DNA from: Balamuthia mandrillaris
Taxonomy: Eukaryota
Assembly: GCA_031835245.2 (NCBI GenBank)
Contig: JAVKOQ020000002.1
Span: forward strand, 186,001 to 250,000
DNA: 64,000 nt
Direction of reading: 5' to 3'
The notes under the pieces were generated by a model that saw only the letters and a program-made list of their open reading frames with translations, was not told the DNA's origin and searched no databases. This document shows positions 1 through 11,844 of the stretch, piece by piece (within the stretch, counting starts at the first letter, position 1; every line of letters begins with the position of its first letter). A program made the position numbers and the translations under genes.

Positions 1-61
1 TCCTCTCTCTCTCCCTCTCTCCCTCTCTCCCTCTCCCTAATATTTCTTGTGACGCAAACAG

Positions 62-3000
62 AACGCTTTCAAACTGGGCACATGAATTTGAGCATTGGGC
101 TCCCAGTGTTATCACAGTCCACTACAAGGGCATGCCTCCCGTCCGCAAATCTATCTACCAGAATCACATCGCCAACGGCAAGTTCAACGTCGTGCTGACC
201 ACGTACGAATACGTAATGAAGGACAAGGCTAACCTCTCCAAAATCAAATGGAATTACATCATCATAGATGAGGGCCACCGCATGAAAAATCACTCCTGCA
301 AGCTTGCCACCTCTCTTTCCAAGCACTATTCCTCGCGACATCGCCTACTGTTGACGGGAACACCGTTACAGAATAGCCTTCCAGAGCTTTGGGCGCTGTT
401 GAACTTTTTGCTTCCCTCCATCTTCAACAGCGTCACCAACTTTGAGGAGTGGTTCAACGCTCCGTTCGCCAACACCGGGGATAAGCTGGAGATGACTGAA
501 GAGGAAAGCCTCTTGATCATCAACCGCCTCCATAAAGTGCTTCGTCCTTTCCTGCTCCGTCGGTTGAAAAAACAGGTGGAAGATCAGTTGCCAGACAAAG
601 TGGAAAAGATCCTCAAATGTAGGTTGTCCGCCTGGCAGCAACGCATGTATGCTCAAATGCGGGATTATGGCGTCATTAGGATTGATAGCACTACTCTTAG
701 CAAACCTAAAGGCGCTAAGTACGTTATCTGCCCTCCCTTCCTCCCTCTCCTTCTTACCGTTCTAATATTTGTTGACATTCGTTTGCATCGTTTTGCAGTA
801 AACAAGGAGTTAGAGGATTAGCAAACACATTGATGCAGCTACGGAAGATTTGCAATCATCCCTATCTCTTCAACGAGATGCAAGACTGGGCCTTAGATGA
901 CAATCTTATCCGCTCTGCTGGCAAGTTTGACCTTCTCGACCGTGTTTTGCCAAAGTTTAAAGCTACTGGTCACAGAGTTTGTATCCTCTCCTGGTCTTTA
1001 TCTTGGCCTTTACTTGCTTTTTTAACATTCTTATTCCTCATTAGGTGTTAATTTTCAGTCAAATGACTTCGTTGATGAGCGTCATGGAAGACTACTTTCA
1101 GTACCGCGGATATCAGTACCTGCGTTTGGATGGATCCACCAAGGCCGAAGACAGGGCCGAACTTCTTAAGAAGTTCAATGCACCAGATTCTCCATACTTT
1201 ATCTTTATGCTTTCAACAAGGGCTGGAGGCTTGGGTCTCAACTTACAAACAGCCGACACAGTTATTCTGTTTGACAGCGACTGGTATGGACCTCTTACTT
1301 TTTCACTGCTTTCCTATTTTCTTGATAGACATATGGTGAATAACATGTATTGCTTTTGTCAAATAGGAATCCACACATTGATTTGCAGGCGCAAGACAGG
1401 GCTCATCGTATCGGACAAAAGAACGAAGTACGCGTGTTCCGTTTGATCACTGAGAACTCTGTGGAGGAAAACATCCTCTCCCGTGCTCAATGGAAGATGG
1501 GTCTTGATGAAAAGGTCATTGAAGCTGGCATGTTCAACAAACGTTCCAATGCCAGCGAGCGGAAGTCAATGCTGGAATCCATTCTGAAGAAGGACAAACA
1601 GAACAAGCATAAGCCTAGCAACATACCCACTGACCAGGAAGTTAATCGCATGATTGCAAGGAAGGACGGTGAGTTTGAGCTCTATGAGAAAATGGATGTG
1701 GAGAGGCACAAAGCGGAAGAACGCGAGTGGAGGAGGAAGGGCAACAAGGGCAAGTACCCAAGACTCGTAACGGATGAGGAGTTGCCGGCATGGATGAAAG
1801 AAGAGCGTCCAATTGTAGACGAGGTTCAGGAACTCCGGCTTAACTACGGACGCGGCAGAAGGCAGAGGGGAGATGTAAACTACGACGATGGTCTAACTGA
1901 GCTCCAATGGACTAAGGTAACGTTCAATTCTGTGCTTCTTTTCTCGTTTATTGTTATTCACTTGATTATCCGACCTTCGTGAAATAGATAATTGAGGAAG
2001 GCGGAGACGTTTCCGATTTAAATGCCTTGCGGGAAAAGAACAAACTGCGACGGAAGCGCCGAGCGCAAACCAAGGCCAAAAAAGACGGCGGTGATGACGC
2101 TGAAGAGGAAAATGGGGCCGAGGATGAAGAGGAGGAAGATGAAGCGGAAATGCAATCACCTCCATCCAAACGGAGAAGAGCCTCCAAGTCCGTTACGTCT
2201 ACCGCTAAAACATTGGCTCCCCCTGTTGCCGTACAAAATATCGTGCAACCAACTCCTAGGGTACCTAACCTGTCTTCTTTCTGTCTATTCTGTTCTTGCT
2301 TCTGTTCTACTTCTCTTTATTTTGCTTCATGACTCTGTGGAAAAAAAAGACCTGTTTTAACATGTCTTATTGTTGACATTGCCAGAAACGAGGAAGACCA
2401 CCCCGAGCAGACAACAAACAGCCCAAAATAAGTGAACAACAACGAATCCTAAATGCCAAGTACTCGGCCATTTGGGAGAAGATCAAAAAGGAAAAGGAAC
2501 CAGGCACGGATCGCCTTCGGAGCCAGCTCTTCGTTCGCCTGCCGTCTAAGAGGGCATACCCCGACTACTACGTTATCATACGCAATCCCATCGACATGAG
2601 CAAGATTAACGCTCGCATCAAGAAGAGCGAGTATCCTGACCCGCAACAGTTCAAACAGGACTTTAACTTGATGTTCAACAATGCGCAGGAGTACAACATG
2701 CCCGGTTCTCAAGTGTTTGAGGATGCTGTTGCTCTTCAGGTGAGTTCTTCTCTTTGTTCGCTTTCTTTGGCCTACATTAACTGGCTATATTTCTGTTGTA
2801 GCATTTGTTTAATGCCGAGTTTGACGCTGAATTGGCGAACGAAGCAAGAGGCGATACCGACCCGCAGGGACAACATGAAGAGGAAGAAGCGGAAGCATTC
2901 CACTCTGGACAACGACAGCAGCAACTACAACGGTCAAAGAGACGCATTCCAGAAGAAGTTGAAGAAGAGGGAGAAGGAATAAATGAAGAACATGAACAAG

Positions 3001-3197
3001 ACGGATACGATGAAGAAAACAGCCGCGATAGAAAACGAAAACGATCTTCCACCACCATTACTATCAACACCAGAAAGACTAGATTAAGTTCTGACGAAGA
3101 AGAAGAACAAGAGGAGGAAGTGGAAGAAGAGGAAGAGGAAGAAGAACTTAACAGCGATGAAGAATCTGTAGTGGAAGAAATTATTGAGGAGTTAGAA

Positions 3198-3229
<32 letters not shown>

Positions 3230-3296
3230 GGAAGAAGAAGAGGTAGAAGTGGAAGAGGGGGAGGAGGAGGATGTTAGTGATAGCGAAGAAGATTAA
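62..3296 (+). CDS. SMARCA4: SWI/SNF ATPase of the Brahma/BRG1/Snf2 subfamily with C-terminal bromodomain; 5' end outside the window; multi-exon
   Basis: Exon from 62 reads [16 protein letters not shown]. Helicase motifs [76 protein letters not shown]. Bromodomain [11 protein letters not shown]...FNNAQEYN. Acidic tail ends TAA 3296. GT-AG introns (e.g. 719-798) keep the frame. Confidence 0.95.
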
Positions 3297-3407
3297 CCGC
3301 TTTGTTCTTGTTTTTTGTTTCCTCCAAAAGAAATCTATTCATACCACCAAACAAATAAGAGAGAAAAGTAAAATGAAGAAAAAACTAAGCATAAATTTAA
3401 GAGGGCG

Positions 3408-3658
3408 TTAGACTTCTTGGCCCATGGTCCTAAACCGCGAGTGCCGTCGGTGCTTCAAGTACAGGTAGCCCCAACGCATTCCGCAGCCGCACACGCAGGC
3501 AGCATACATGCCCGCCGCTATGTAGAGTTGCAAGGCCACTTTGTTCAGTTGGTCTTCCTTTAGCTCCCCCGCATCTATCTTTCGGTAGGCTATTGGCTCT
3601 TCAAGTAGCACCGCACAAACCAGCTTTTTTCCCCAACAAACGGTCAGGCGGGGAGCAA

Positions 3659-3716
<58 letters not shown>

Positions 3717-4005
3717 AGGGAGAGGGAGAGAGCGAGAGAGAAAAGAGAAAAGAGGAAAAGGGACAGCATAAGGCGCCGCGCGGGGTGACTAGAAAAGAAA
3801 AAAGTAGGAGCGGAAAGAGGGAGCAAACTGTACCAGCATCAACACACCCCATATGGAAAAGATGGCGTAACAAAGGGTACCTGAATGGTGAATACTTTTG
3901 TTAGATTTGAGCCAAACAAATTTCTCAAAATCAAAAAAGTAGCGCAACGAGGAGCGTACAGTTGTAGCCACACAAACACCTCAAGCACGCAACAGCCCTA
4001 CTCAT
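3408..4005 (-). CDS. RNASEK: RNASEK / V-ATPase V0 subunit f-like two-TM protein (102 aa, 3 exons)
   Basis: Exons 4005-3960, 3880-3834, 3623-3408 splice to MSRAVACLRCLCGYNCTLCYAIFSIWGVLMLLVCAVLLEE...LNKVALQLYIAAGMY..., matching the recalled RNASEK pattern (CCG..S.WG..ML ... IAAGLY). Confidence 0.7.
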
Positions 4006-4318
4006 TGCTTTTTCTCCGTATTAAAAAAAAACTGTTCCACAACTCGCTTAGTTGAACGTGAGAAGGCAGTGCAAAGGAAGGAGGCTAGGCTATACTTTCT
4101 TTCCCCTCTCTGCTCTGCACTGGGGCCGCCGTGAGATTCAGACTTCCTTTTCTTCTTCTTCCAAATATGCGTCAGAATTTTCAGTCGACAAAATTAGGTG
4201 GACCTCCCCCTGACCTCCACGTGACATGGGGTTGTGCTCCTTGCTGCTGGCATGCGAACGTGGATAAGGGGAAAAAATGTCCAAGTGTGCTTCTACCTAA
4301 AGTGTTTTTAAATAATCA

Positions 4319-5811
4319 TCAAAAATGGTTTATTTGTTTTGGCGTTGGGTTGTTATCTTCTCTTGCTTTGGCGCGCAACCGGTCGAGATGGCTCAGAGCA
4401 GCCGTTATCATTGTTTCCAACTAGTTGGAAAAGATGAAAAAAAAACATGTTCATCGAGAAAAAAAGTCAGACAAAAACGAAAGAAAGCAATACTCAGAAA
4501 CAAAAAAGCGTGGACAGAAAAACAAATGGTGGAGAATACGACTATTGAATTGCGCATGTCTCGAGCCCGTTGCATTTGGTGCTGGAGGTGCGTCTCTGCT
4601 TTGTTGAAAAGTTGGCAGTTCATGTAATAGTATGCAATGTACACCTCTGAACGGATCTCCATTACCACATCGCCCAACACTTTCGCTAAAGACAGTTGCC
4701 TTTGCGCAAAGAGGAAAGCACGCTCTGCCTATATTTTTTTTAAAAAATCACATTTTCGAGTTATTGCAATGATGAGAGAGAAAGAGAAATAAAGAGAGAG
4801 AGATGGAAGTTAAATTTACGTTTTTAATGGAAGCATAAGCCCCTCCCAGCGTTGAACAAACGGCCGTCTCTTGCAGTGCTAGCCGGTATATCGTCAACAA
4901 TCTTCCAATCAGCTCATTCCTGTATGCAAAACAAAAAAAAAAAAAACAAACAAACAGACAAACAAAAACAACAGGACATACCTATGAATTAGCAAGAGAG
5001 AAAGCGAGCAGAGAACAGAACAGAAAGGAGCAAACCAATGTAAATCAGTGTAGAGGCGAGTATGCACATCACGGTTAGCGTGCAGGAAGATGACGTGCGT
5101 TTGGTTGGTTGTGCAGAAGGCTGACGGATAGATATTGTTCGTTGTAACTTGGAATGTATTTGCTGGCCATAAAGAATCACCAGCAGCAGCAGCAGCAGCA
5201 GCAGCAGAAGGAGAAGAAGAAGAAGAAGAAGAAGAAGAAGAACAAGAAGAAGAAGAACAAGAAGAACAAGAAGAACAAGAAGAAGAACTACAAGAGCAAC
5301 AAGCATCTGAAGAACAAGAGGAAGAAGAACTTTCGTTCAAAGCTGTGTAACCAGGGTGAAGGCAAGTACTCGCAAAGGAAGAACAATAGGAAAGGAAGGA
5401 AAAAAGTAGGCATAGCGGGTCCGGTTCTTCTTCGTGGTGGTTGGCTATCGCTGTGAGGAGGTCGCTCATAAGTGACCACAGCCATTCTTTCGTGTAGGCA
5501 TCGTTCACCCGTAAGAACACTACCTCAGAGGAGGAAATGGAAGGCGCTGAAAGCTCATCTTGTGTCGAGGGAACGATGACTCCCTCCCAGAAGGGAAGAT
5601 ACGCGGCTGGGCCCTGTTGCTGAAGCTCGGCTATCCGCTGATCACCTTCCAGGTGCGTAGCCTTGCACAGTACGACCATCACAGCTTTTGGTTGTCGGGA
5701 AAGGGTTTCATGGCACGCCGCCGATTCCGACAAGAACGTAGCCAAGGACAGGCTACGTTGTGGCTGTCTTACCCCACTCTTCTTCTTCTTCTTCTTCTTC
5801 TCCTGCCACAT
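4319..5811 (-). CDS. Uncharacterised protein with TPR-like helical C-terminus resembling DUF4807; multi-exon
   Basis: Long first exon (ORF 4909-5811) with a Ser/Cys/Ala low-complexity tract. Spliced exons then read CSTLGGAYASIKNAERAFLFAQRQLSLAKVLGDVVMEIRSEVYIAYYY, similar to the recalled DUF4807 motif. Stop at 4319-4321. Start uncertain. Confidence 0.55.
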
Positions 5812-6062
5812 GCTAGTGGATAAAGTCTTCTTGTGTTTGGTTTGGAACCGGAAGGAAAAAAACAGACGACGGAACTTTTTCGATTACAGATTGGAGGGGG
5901 GCATTCAGCGGGGAAGATGGGTGATCTTTTTTGTAGACATATACCGCATGAGGGGCAATGGGAAAGAAAAGGGCGCCAAAAGAAGAAGAAGAAAGGAGCA
6001 GCAAGTCTTCCTTCCTGCTTTGCTCTCTCATCCTTTCCTCTCTCCCTCCTTTTCGTGGATAG

Positions 6063-7685
6063 ATGTCCTTTTCTTGGAACCTTGGCGGTGGTGGAGGCTC
6101 CACGTATGTCACTGCTTTTTCTTGCTTGGTCTTTCCTCATCATAATTCTTTTTTTTTTGAGGCTTGGCTCACCCTTTTTGCTTTGTTTTACATAGCGGCA
6201 CGCCGGCCACCGGCACCACCGGCTTTTCCTTTGGTGGGACGACCGCTACTCCAGGAGGCACTCAAACAGGAGGCACCTCCCTCTTTGGGCAGCCCTCCAC
6301 CGGCACCACCACAAGCTCTCTCTTTGGCGCCGCGCCTTCTTCCACCACTAGTACTGCTGGTGGCAGTTCTCTTTTTGGCACGCCCTCTGCCGGGTCTTCC
6401 TCTTCTCTTTTTGGCGCCGCGCCTTCTTCCACCACTTCTACCTCCCTCTTTGGCACACCCTCTTCCACAACCGCTACTGGCACCACTTCCTCCCTCTTTG
6501 GCACACCCTCTTCCACCACAGGCACCTCTTCTCTCTTTGGCACGCCCACTTCCTCCACTGGAACCAGCGGCTCCCTCTTTGGCACCCCTGCCGCTACCAC
6601 TGGCGGCTCCCTCTTTGGCACTCCCGCCACCACCACGCAGACCAGTTTGTGGGGCACTCCTGCGGGTGGCACTGCTGCCGCTAATAACGCCTTCCTCAAA
6701 CCCTCCACGATGACACCGCAGCAGGCAATACAGGCTATCGCTGCTTCCTATGGCCGTGAAAGCCAGTTTTGTCGTTTTACGGTACAGCCGTACCTCCAAC
6801 CCTCCCTCTTTGCTTTGTTTTTCTTACACATTTCCTGTGCAGCACATATTCTACAATTTGGTGCATCCCAGTCTTGTTCCTAAAATACAAAAGCCTCCTC
6901 ACATCGATGATAGAACCTGGGCTCAAGCACAACAGGATAACCCCGATCCCTCCAGGTTTCGATACTTTCTATTTCTTCTGTCTTCTCTTTTCTTCATCGT
7001 TCTCTTCTCTTCTCTTCGTCGCTCTCTCTCTCATTTATATGCTAACCACAAACAAACAAACAAATATCAGATTGGTACCGGTGCAAGCCAGAGGCTTTTC
7101 CGACCTGAAACTACGAATACAGGCGCAAGATAAAACTGCGGCAAGGCATCAAGAGGCCCTGCAAGAGGTCTTTGCTGTCCTCAACGAAATCCAACAAAAG
7201 CACGAACTTAGCACAACGGTCAAAGTAGAGGAGTACAAACGGAGACATATGCAGCTCGCCAGCCGAGTCCTCAGAATCATGAAGCGGTTGGAGGTATTGC
7301 GGAGCATGGGCTACCCCATCCTCGGCGATGAGGAAGCCTTTCGTGGCAAGTTGGAGAACTTACAGCGGGAGCTCAACAAGCCTACCCAATTTAAGGGACG
7401 GCTAAATGAGATCACTTCCTTTGTGCGCATGCAGGATGACTTCGCTCAAGAAACGTATGAGCCCTTGGATGAAGACTCCCTGGGAACCATACACGAGGTA
7501 CCCACTCTGATTCATTTTGTTCTTCGTAATTGGTTTGTTGTTAACTTTTGTGGGGTAAATCCAAGTTTTTGCGGCAAGAACAGCAAGGCTTGAGCCATCT
7601 GAACGAGATTTTGAAGCAAGACACAAAAGCGCTGGACCTCATGCTCCAAACCATGTCCAACGATGAAACAGACAACAACAAGTGA
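6063..7685 (+). CDS. NUP54: Nucleoporin Nup54/Nup57 (SLFG repeats plus alpha-helical domain)
   Basis: MSFSWNLGG first exon, many SLFG repeats, then KPPHIDDRTWAQAQQDNPDPSRLVPVQARGFSDLKLRIQAQ and a coiled coil with EQQGLSHLNEILKQD. Stop TGA 7683-7685. Confidence 0.9.
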
Positions 7686-8151
7686 CTGCGATTCTTCGGA
7701 CAAGCGAAGAAACGAAGCGTTACAAGAGATAATTGCCCTTTCGGAGTTAAGATAACAAAACTCCTATTGGCCCTATCGCCGATTGCTGACGTGGCCATCC
7801 GTTAATTTTTGCATTACTTAAAAGTTAAAGCACGAAAATTTGCCACAATTTATTGTCGTTTGTTTATTTATTGTCTTTTGGTGGCGGTGAGCTTCTTCTG
7901 CCGATCGAATCGTAGCGCTGATTAACCCTTGTTGGTGGTGTTGGCAGTCGAAAAGAAGAAGGTTTGTAGCACGCTCTTCCCCAGATAGATCTAGTGTTTT
8001 TTATAGATTGAAATGTGGAGCAAGAGATTTGGAGAAAAAAAACAACGGTAATAATTGCAATGCGTGATGCTAATCAAAGGATTGGGATTCTTTGTTGTTG
8101 TTTACTCTTCACAGTCATTTCCGCGATTCGTTCATTGTAAATTAGGAACAA

Positions 8152-10969
8152 ATGTCGGACTCAACGGACAAGGATCAGCGTGAAAAGAACTGGGAGTTGG
8201 TTCAAATCAAGGTTTGCACACTGTCACGCTCGTCCTGATTACAAGACACTCTCCTCCGTTACCAAGCACTTACACTCTTTCTCTCTTCGCTACTCCTCTT
8301 TTTTCTTTTGTACTCTTGTTCTTGGTTGCTCTTGCTCCTTCTCTTCCTCTCCTGTTTCCCCGTAAAAAAAAAAAGGCCTTTACGGCATGGTTGAACTCTT
8401 ATCTCAGCAAAAGAAGTCTCAAAATAGAGGACTTGTCCAAGGACCTTCAGTCTGGTGTTAACTTGTGCCACTTTTTGGAGTTGGTGCAACACAAGTACCG
8501 CACCAAGCTGCCAAAATGGGATAAGAAGCCAGGTCGCAAAGTTCAAAAGATGGAAAACATCAGTATTGCTCTCAGTTACATTCAAAACGATATGGGTGTG
8601 CGACTTGTCGGCATTGGCCCAGAAGGTTATTCTTTTTATTTCTCTTCGTTCTTGTCTTCGCTAGTTGCTAAACGCTTCCTTGTCCTCAATTGCTAGACAT
8701 TTTCTCTGGCTACTTAAAGCTGATTTTGGGTCTCACCTGGAGTCTTTTCAGAGCGCTCCGAATGGCAGATCTTACCAATGATGCTGCCGGTGGAGCCAAC
8801 AAAACTTTGGAAGAGGGATTGCTGAAGTGGGTTCGTGAGCAAACTGAAGGTTACAAGGGTGTTGATGTTCAGGACTTTAAATATAGGTACCCTAGCCTTT
8901 GTGTACAACAGAAGAAACAAACAAGAAAATAACTGACTCATCTCTCTCCCTCTCTTCTCTCTCTCCTCTCTCATCATTGATAGTTTCAATGACGGTCTCG
9001 CCTTCTCCGCTCTCATTAACAAGTACGACCCTACCTTGCTGGATTACGACTCCATCGATGCCGTACGTGAACATACTCTTCCTATAACCAATTCGCGGTA
9101 GCCAATACTTACCATTACCCAACCAACACAGAGCGATAAGGAGAAAGTTCTCAACACCGTGTTTGAGATTGCCGAAAAGCACCTCAACATTCCCAAGTTG
9201 TTGGATGTGGCTGACTTGTTGGGCGGCGACCCCGATGAGCGCAGCGTTCAGCTTTATACTTCTCTGTTCTTCCACGCCTTCGCCTCGAAGAGGGAGGAGG
9301 AGAGGCTCGCTGCAGAAAAACGAGGCATCACCTCTCAAATGGAGGAATTGGAAAGCAAGATTGAGTCGGAGGCAAAGCACAAGGAAGAGCTGTTGCAAGA
9401 GCAACAGAGACTTAAGGAGGCTCTCGCTGCGTTGGAAGAGGAAACCAAGTCAAAAGGAAAACAAGCTGATGATTTGGAGGCGGCTAGGAAGAAGTTGCAG
9501 GAGGAAGTAGATGCCTTACAGAGGAGACTTGACAACTTTGAGCGGTACATCCACGAAGAACAGGAACTCGGTCAGATTACTCGTAAGTTGCATGCTCTGC
9601 TCTCCGAAGAGGACACACCAGAAAACGAGGAGAAGGTCAGGAAGCTCAAGGAGGAGAGAGAGGAACGAAGAAAGAAGCTGGAGCAGCTAAAGGCTCAATT
9701 GGATGAAGAAGATGAAAGATTGCTAAAAGGCGGAAAGGAGTTGCGTGAGCAAAGGGAGAAGTTGGAAAATGAGGTAGAGTCCTTAACTCGTAGGATCAGA
9801 GAACAAAGACAAGGTACCTTTCTCTTCCTCATTTTTTTTCCTTTTACAATTCCTTTCTTACAATTTCTTTTTTCGTAAAGGTGCGCAAGACAAGGAAGAG
9901 CTGAAAAAGAAGTTGAACAGCACCCACTCTGATTTGGAAGCCAAGGCTGCTGCTTCTGCCAAAATCCAGGCCGGATGGGGTTTGTTGAAGACCAACCTCG
10001 ATGATCACTTGGAGGATCTTCACTGCTGGAGGGAAGTTCAACAAACGGGCGATGCAGATCCACATGGCAGAATCGAAGTCAAGGGCAACCGCCTTAACCC
10101 TGACACTAGACCCAAAGAATACCACAAAGACCTTAACAACCTGAATACCAAGCTGGACGAGGAGAACGTACGCTTGCTGAAGTCACTCAAAAGCAAGGAC
10201 ATCCCTAAGCCTCGTGAGGTAATTACCTTTCATCCTTTGTATACTCCCTCTGTTTTTTCGGCTTGCCAACCACAAGATATACCAATTATTAGGCTGTGGA
10301 TAAGCAAGGTTGGTTGATGAAGAAGGGACAAGAGAAGAGCTCTTCGTTGAAGAAGCGTTGGTTTGTGCTGCGTGGCAACGTGCTCTCCTACTATGCCAGT
10401 GAAAACGATACAGACGAAAAGGGTTCCATTTCTATGGAAAGCAGCACCATCTCTCCTGAAAAGGCCGAGAAAGGAGAAAAGAAGGTAATCTTTTTCCCCA
10501 CTTTATATCTCTCTCCCTCCAGCTACTTAATTTGTTCGCCTTCTGGACACGACAGTGGTTGTTGAAGGTGAGCGTGGAAAACCGCGACCTTGTCTTGCAA
10601 GCCGAGTCCAAAGAGGACCGCAACAAGTGGTTGTGTGCCCTTCGTGGCGCCATTGCCTTCACTGCCTACAAGAAAGAATGCGAGGAGTCTGACACACGAC
10701 CAGACCTGCGCCTCCTTGACTTCTTCACCACCGAATCTGCCTCGGCCCTCTACCTCGACGACCGTGAGATTTCCACTGATGCCGTTACTGCGCTCGCCGA
10801 CATTTTGCCATACCACGATCAGCTGAAGGTGTTGTCGATGGAGGACACTGACTTGCAGGATGAGGAAGTCAAGCAGTTGACGGAGAGCTTGAAGAAACTT
10901 GACCAGCTTCACGTACTTAGGTTGGGCAAGAACAAGCTTTCTTCCGCCAGCGCCTCTCATATTGCTGAA

Positions 10970-11012
<43 letters not shown>

Positions 11013-11720
11013 TTCCTCTATTACAGTGTGTGTTGTATTAACTAACCTCTCTTTCGCTGAACTAGCTTTTGCGCATTAACACATCACTTAAAGAGTTGCA
11101 CCTTAACCACAACGAAATCCAAGACAACGGCATGAAGGACCTCGCCGAAAGCCTAAAAGCCCACAAGAGCCTCCAAATTCTCGATCTCACTGGCAACCAA
11201 GTGAGCAATGCTGGATTGGGCGCCCTCGCTGAAGCCCTTCTTGCTAAGGAAGAGGAGGGAGCTGAAAAGCAACAGCTGCAACAGCTTCTCCTTGGCAGCA
11301 ACAATATTCAGGATGAGGCCCTCGGCGTGCTTGCCAACTTCTTGGCAAAGAACAGCAGCCTCAAGAACTTGTCTCTTCGTGGCAACCACATCACAGACAG
11401 CGGCCTAGCTGCTCTTGCCGAGGGTCTGAAGAAGAACAAGTCCTTGGAGAGCTTGGACCTTGCTGGTAATCTCCTCACCAACAGCGGCGCTCTCATTGTT
11501 CGCGGCTTGTTGGAGGTAACGTTTGCCCCACCGTTTTTCTTTTCTGTCTTATTCGTTTGCATTGTGCTCAAATTTTCAACTCATTCGATTATAGGCGAAC
11601 CCGGCGCTTAAGTCTGTGAATCTTTCAGATAACAAGGTGTTGGGTGGTGCTGACCTTGCCTCTTTCCTCGAGAACGATTCTTTCTTCTTCCCATCCCTCA
11701 CCTTCTCCAGGCGACAGTAA
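8152..11720 (+). CDS. Cortexillin-family actin-bundling protein fused to PH and leucine-rich-repeat domains; multi-exon
   Basis: Tandem CH domains (WELVQIKAFTAWLNSYL...DERSVQLYTSLFFHAF), long coiled coil, cortexillin-type C-terminal segment (GLLKTNLDDHLEDL.CW...KLDEENVRLLK), PH domain (DKQGWLMKKG..LKKRWFVL), then RI-type LRRs (L..L.L.GN.I.D.G). Stop TAA 11718-11720. Confidence 0.85.
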
Positions 11721-11844
11721 TCTTTTGTGCTTACTTTTTGCGAGCAAACCTTTTTTTTTTCTGACCAAAAAAAAAAGGGTCGTGCTTTTTTGTACGTGTG
11801 TTTAAGACATCTTATAAAATCGAAAATACTTTTTTTCTGTTGAC

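Noticed and set aside
981..990. GTATCCTC, resembling a U12 GT-AG donor in SNF2
   Set aside because: The in-frame donor is GTTTGT at 977 and the motif deviates from GTATCCTT.
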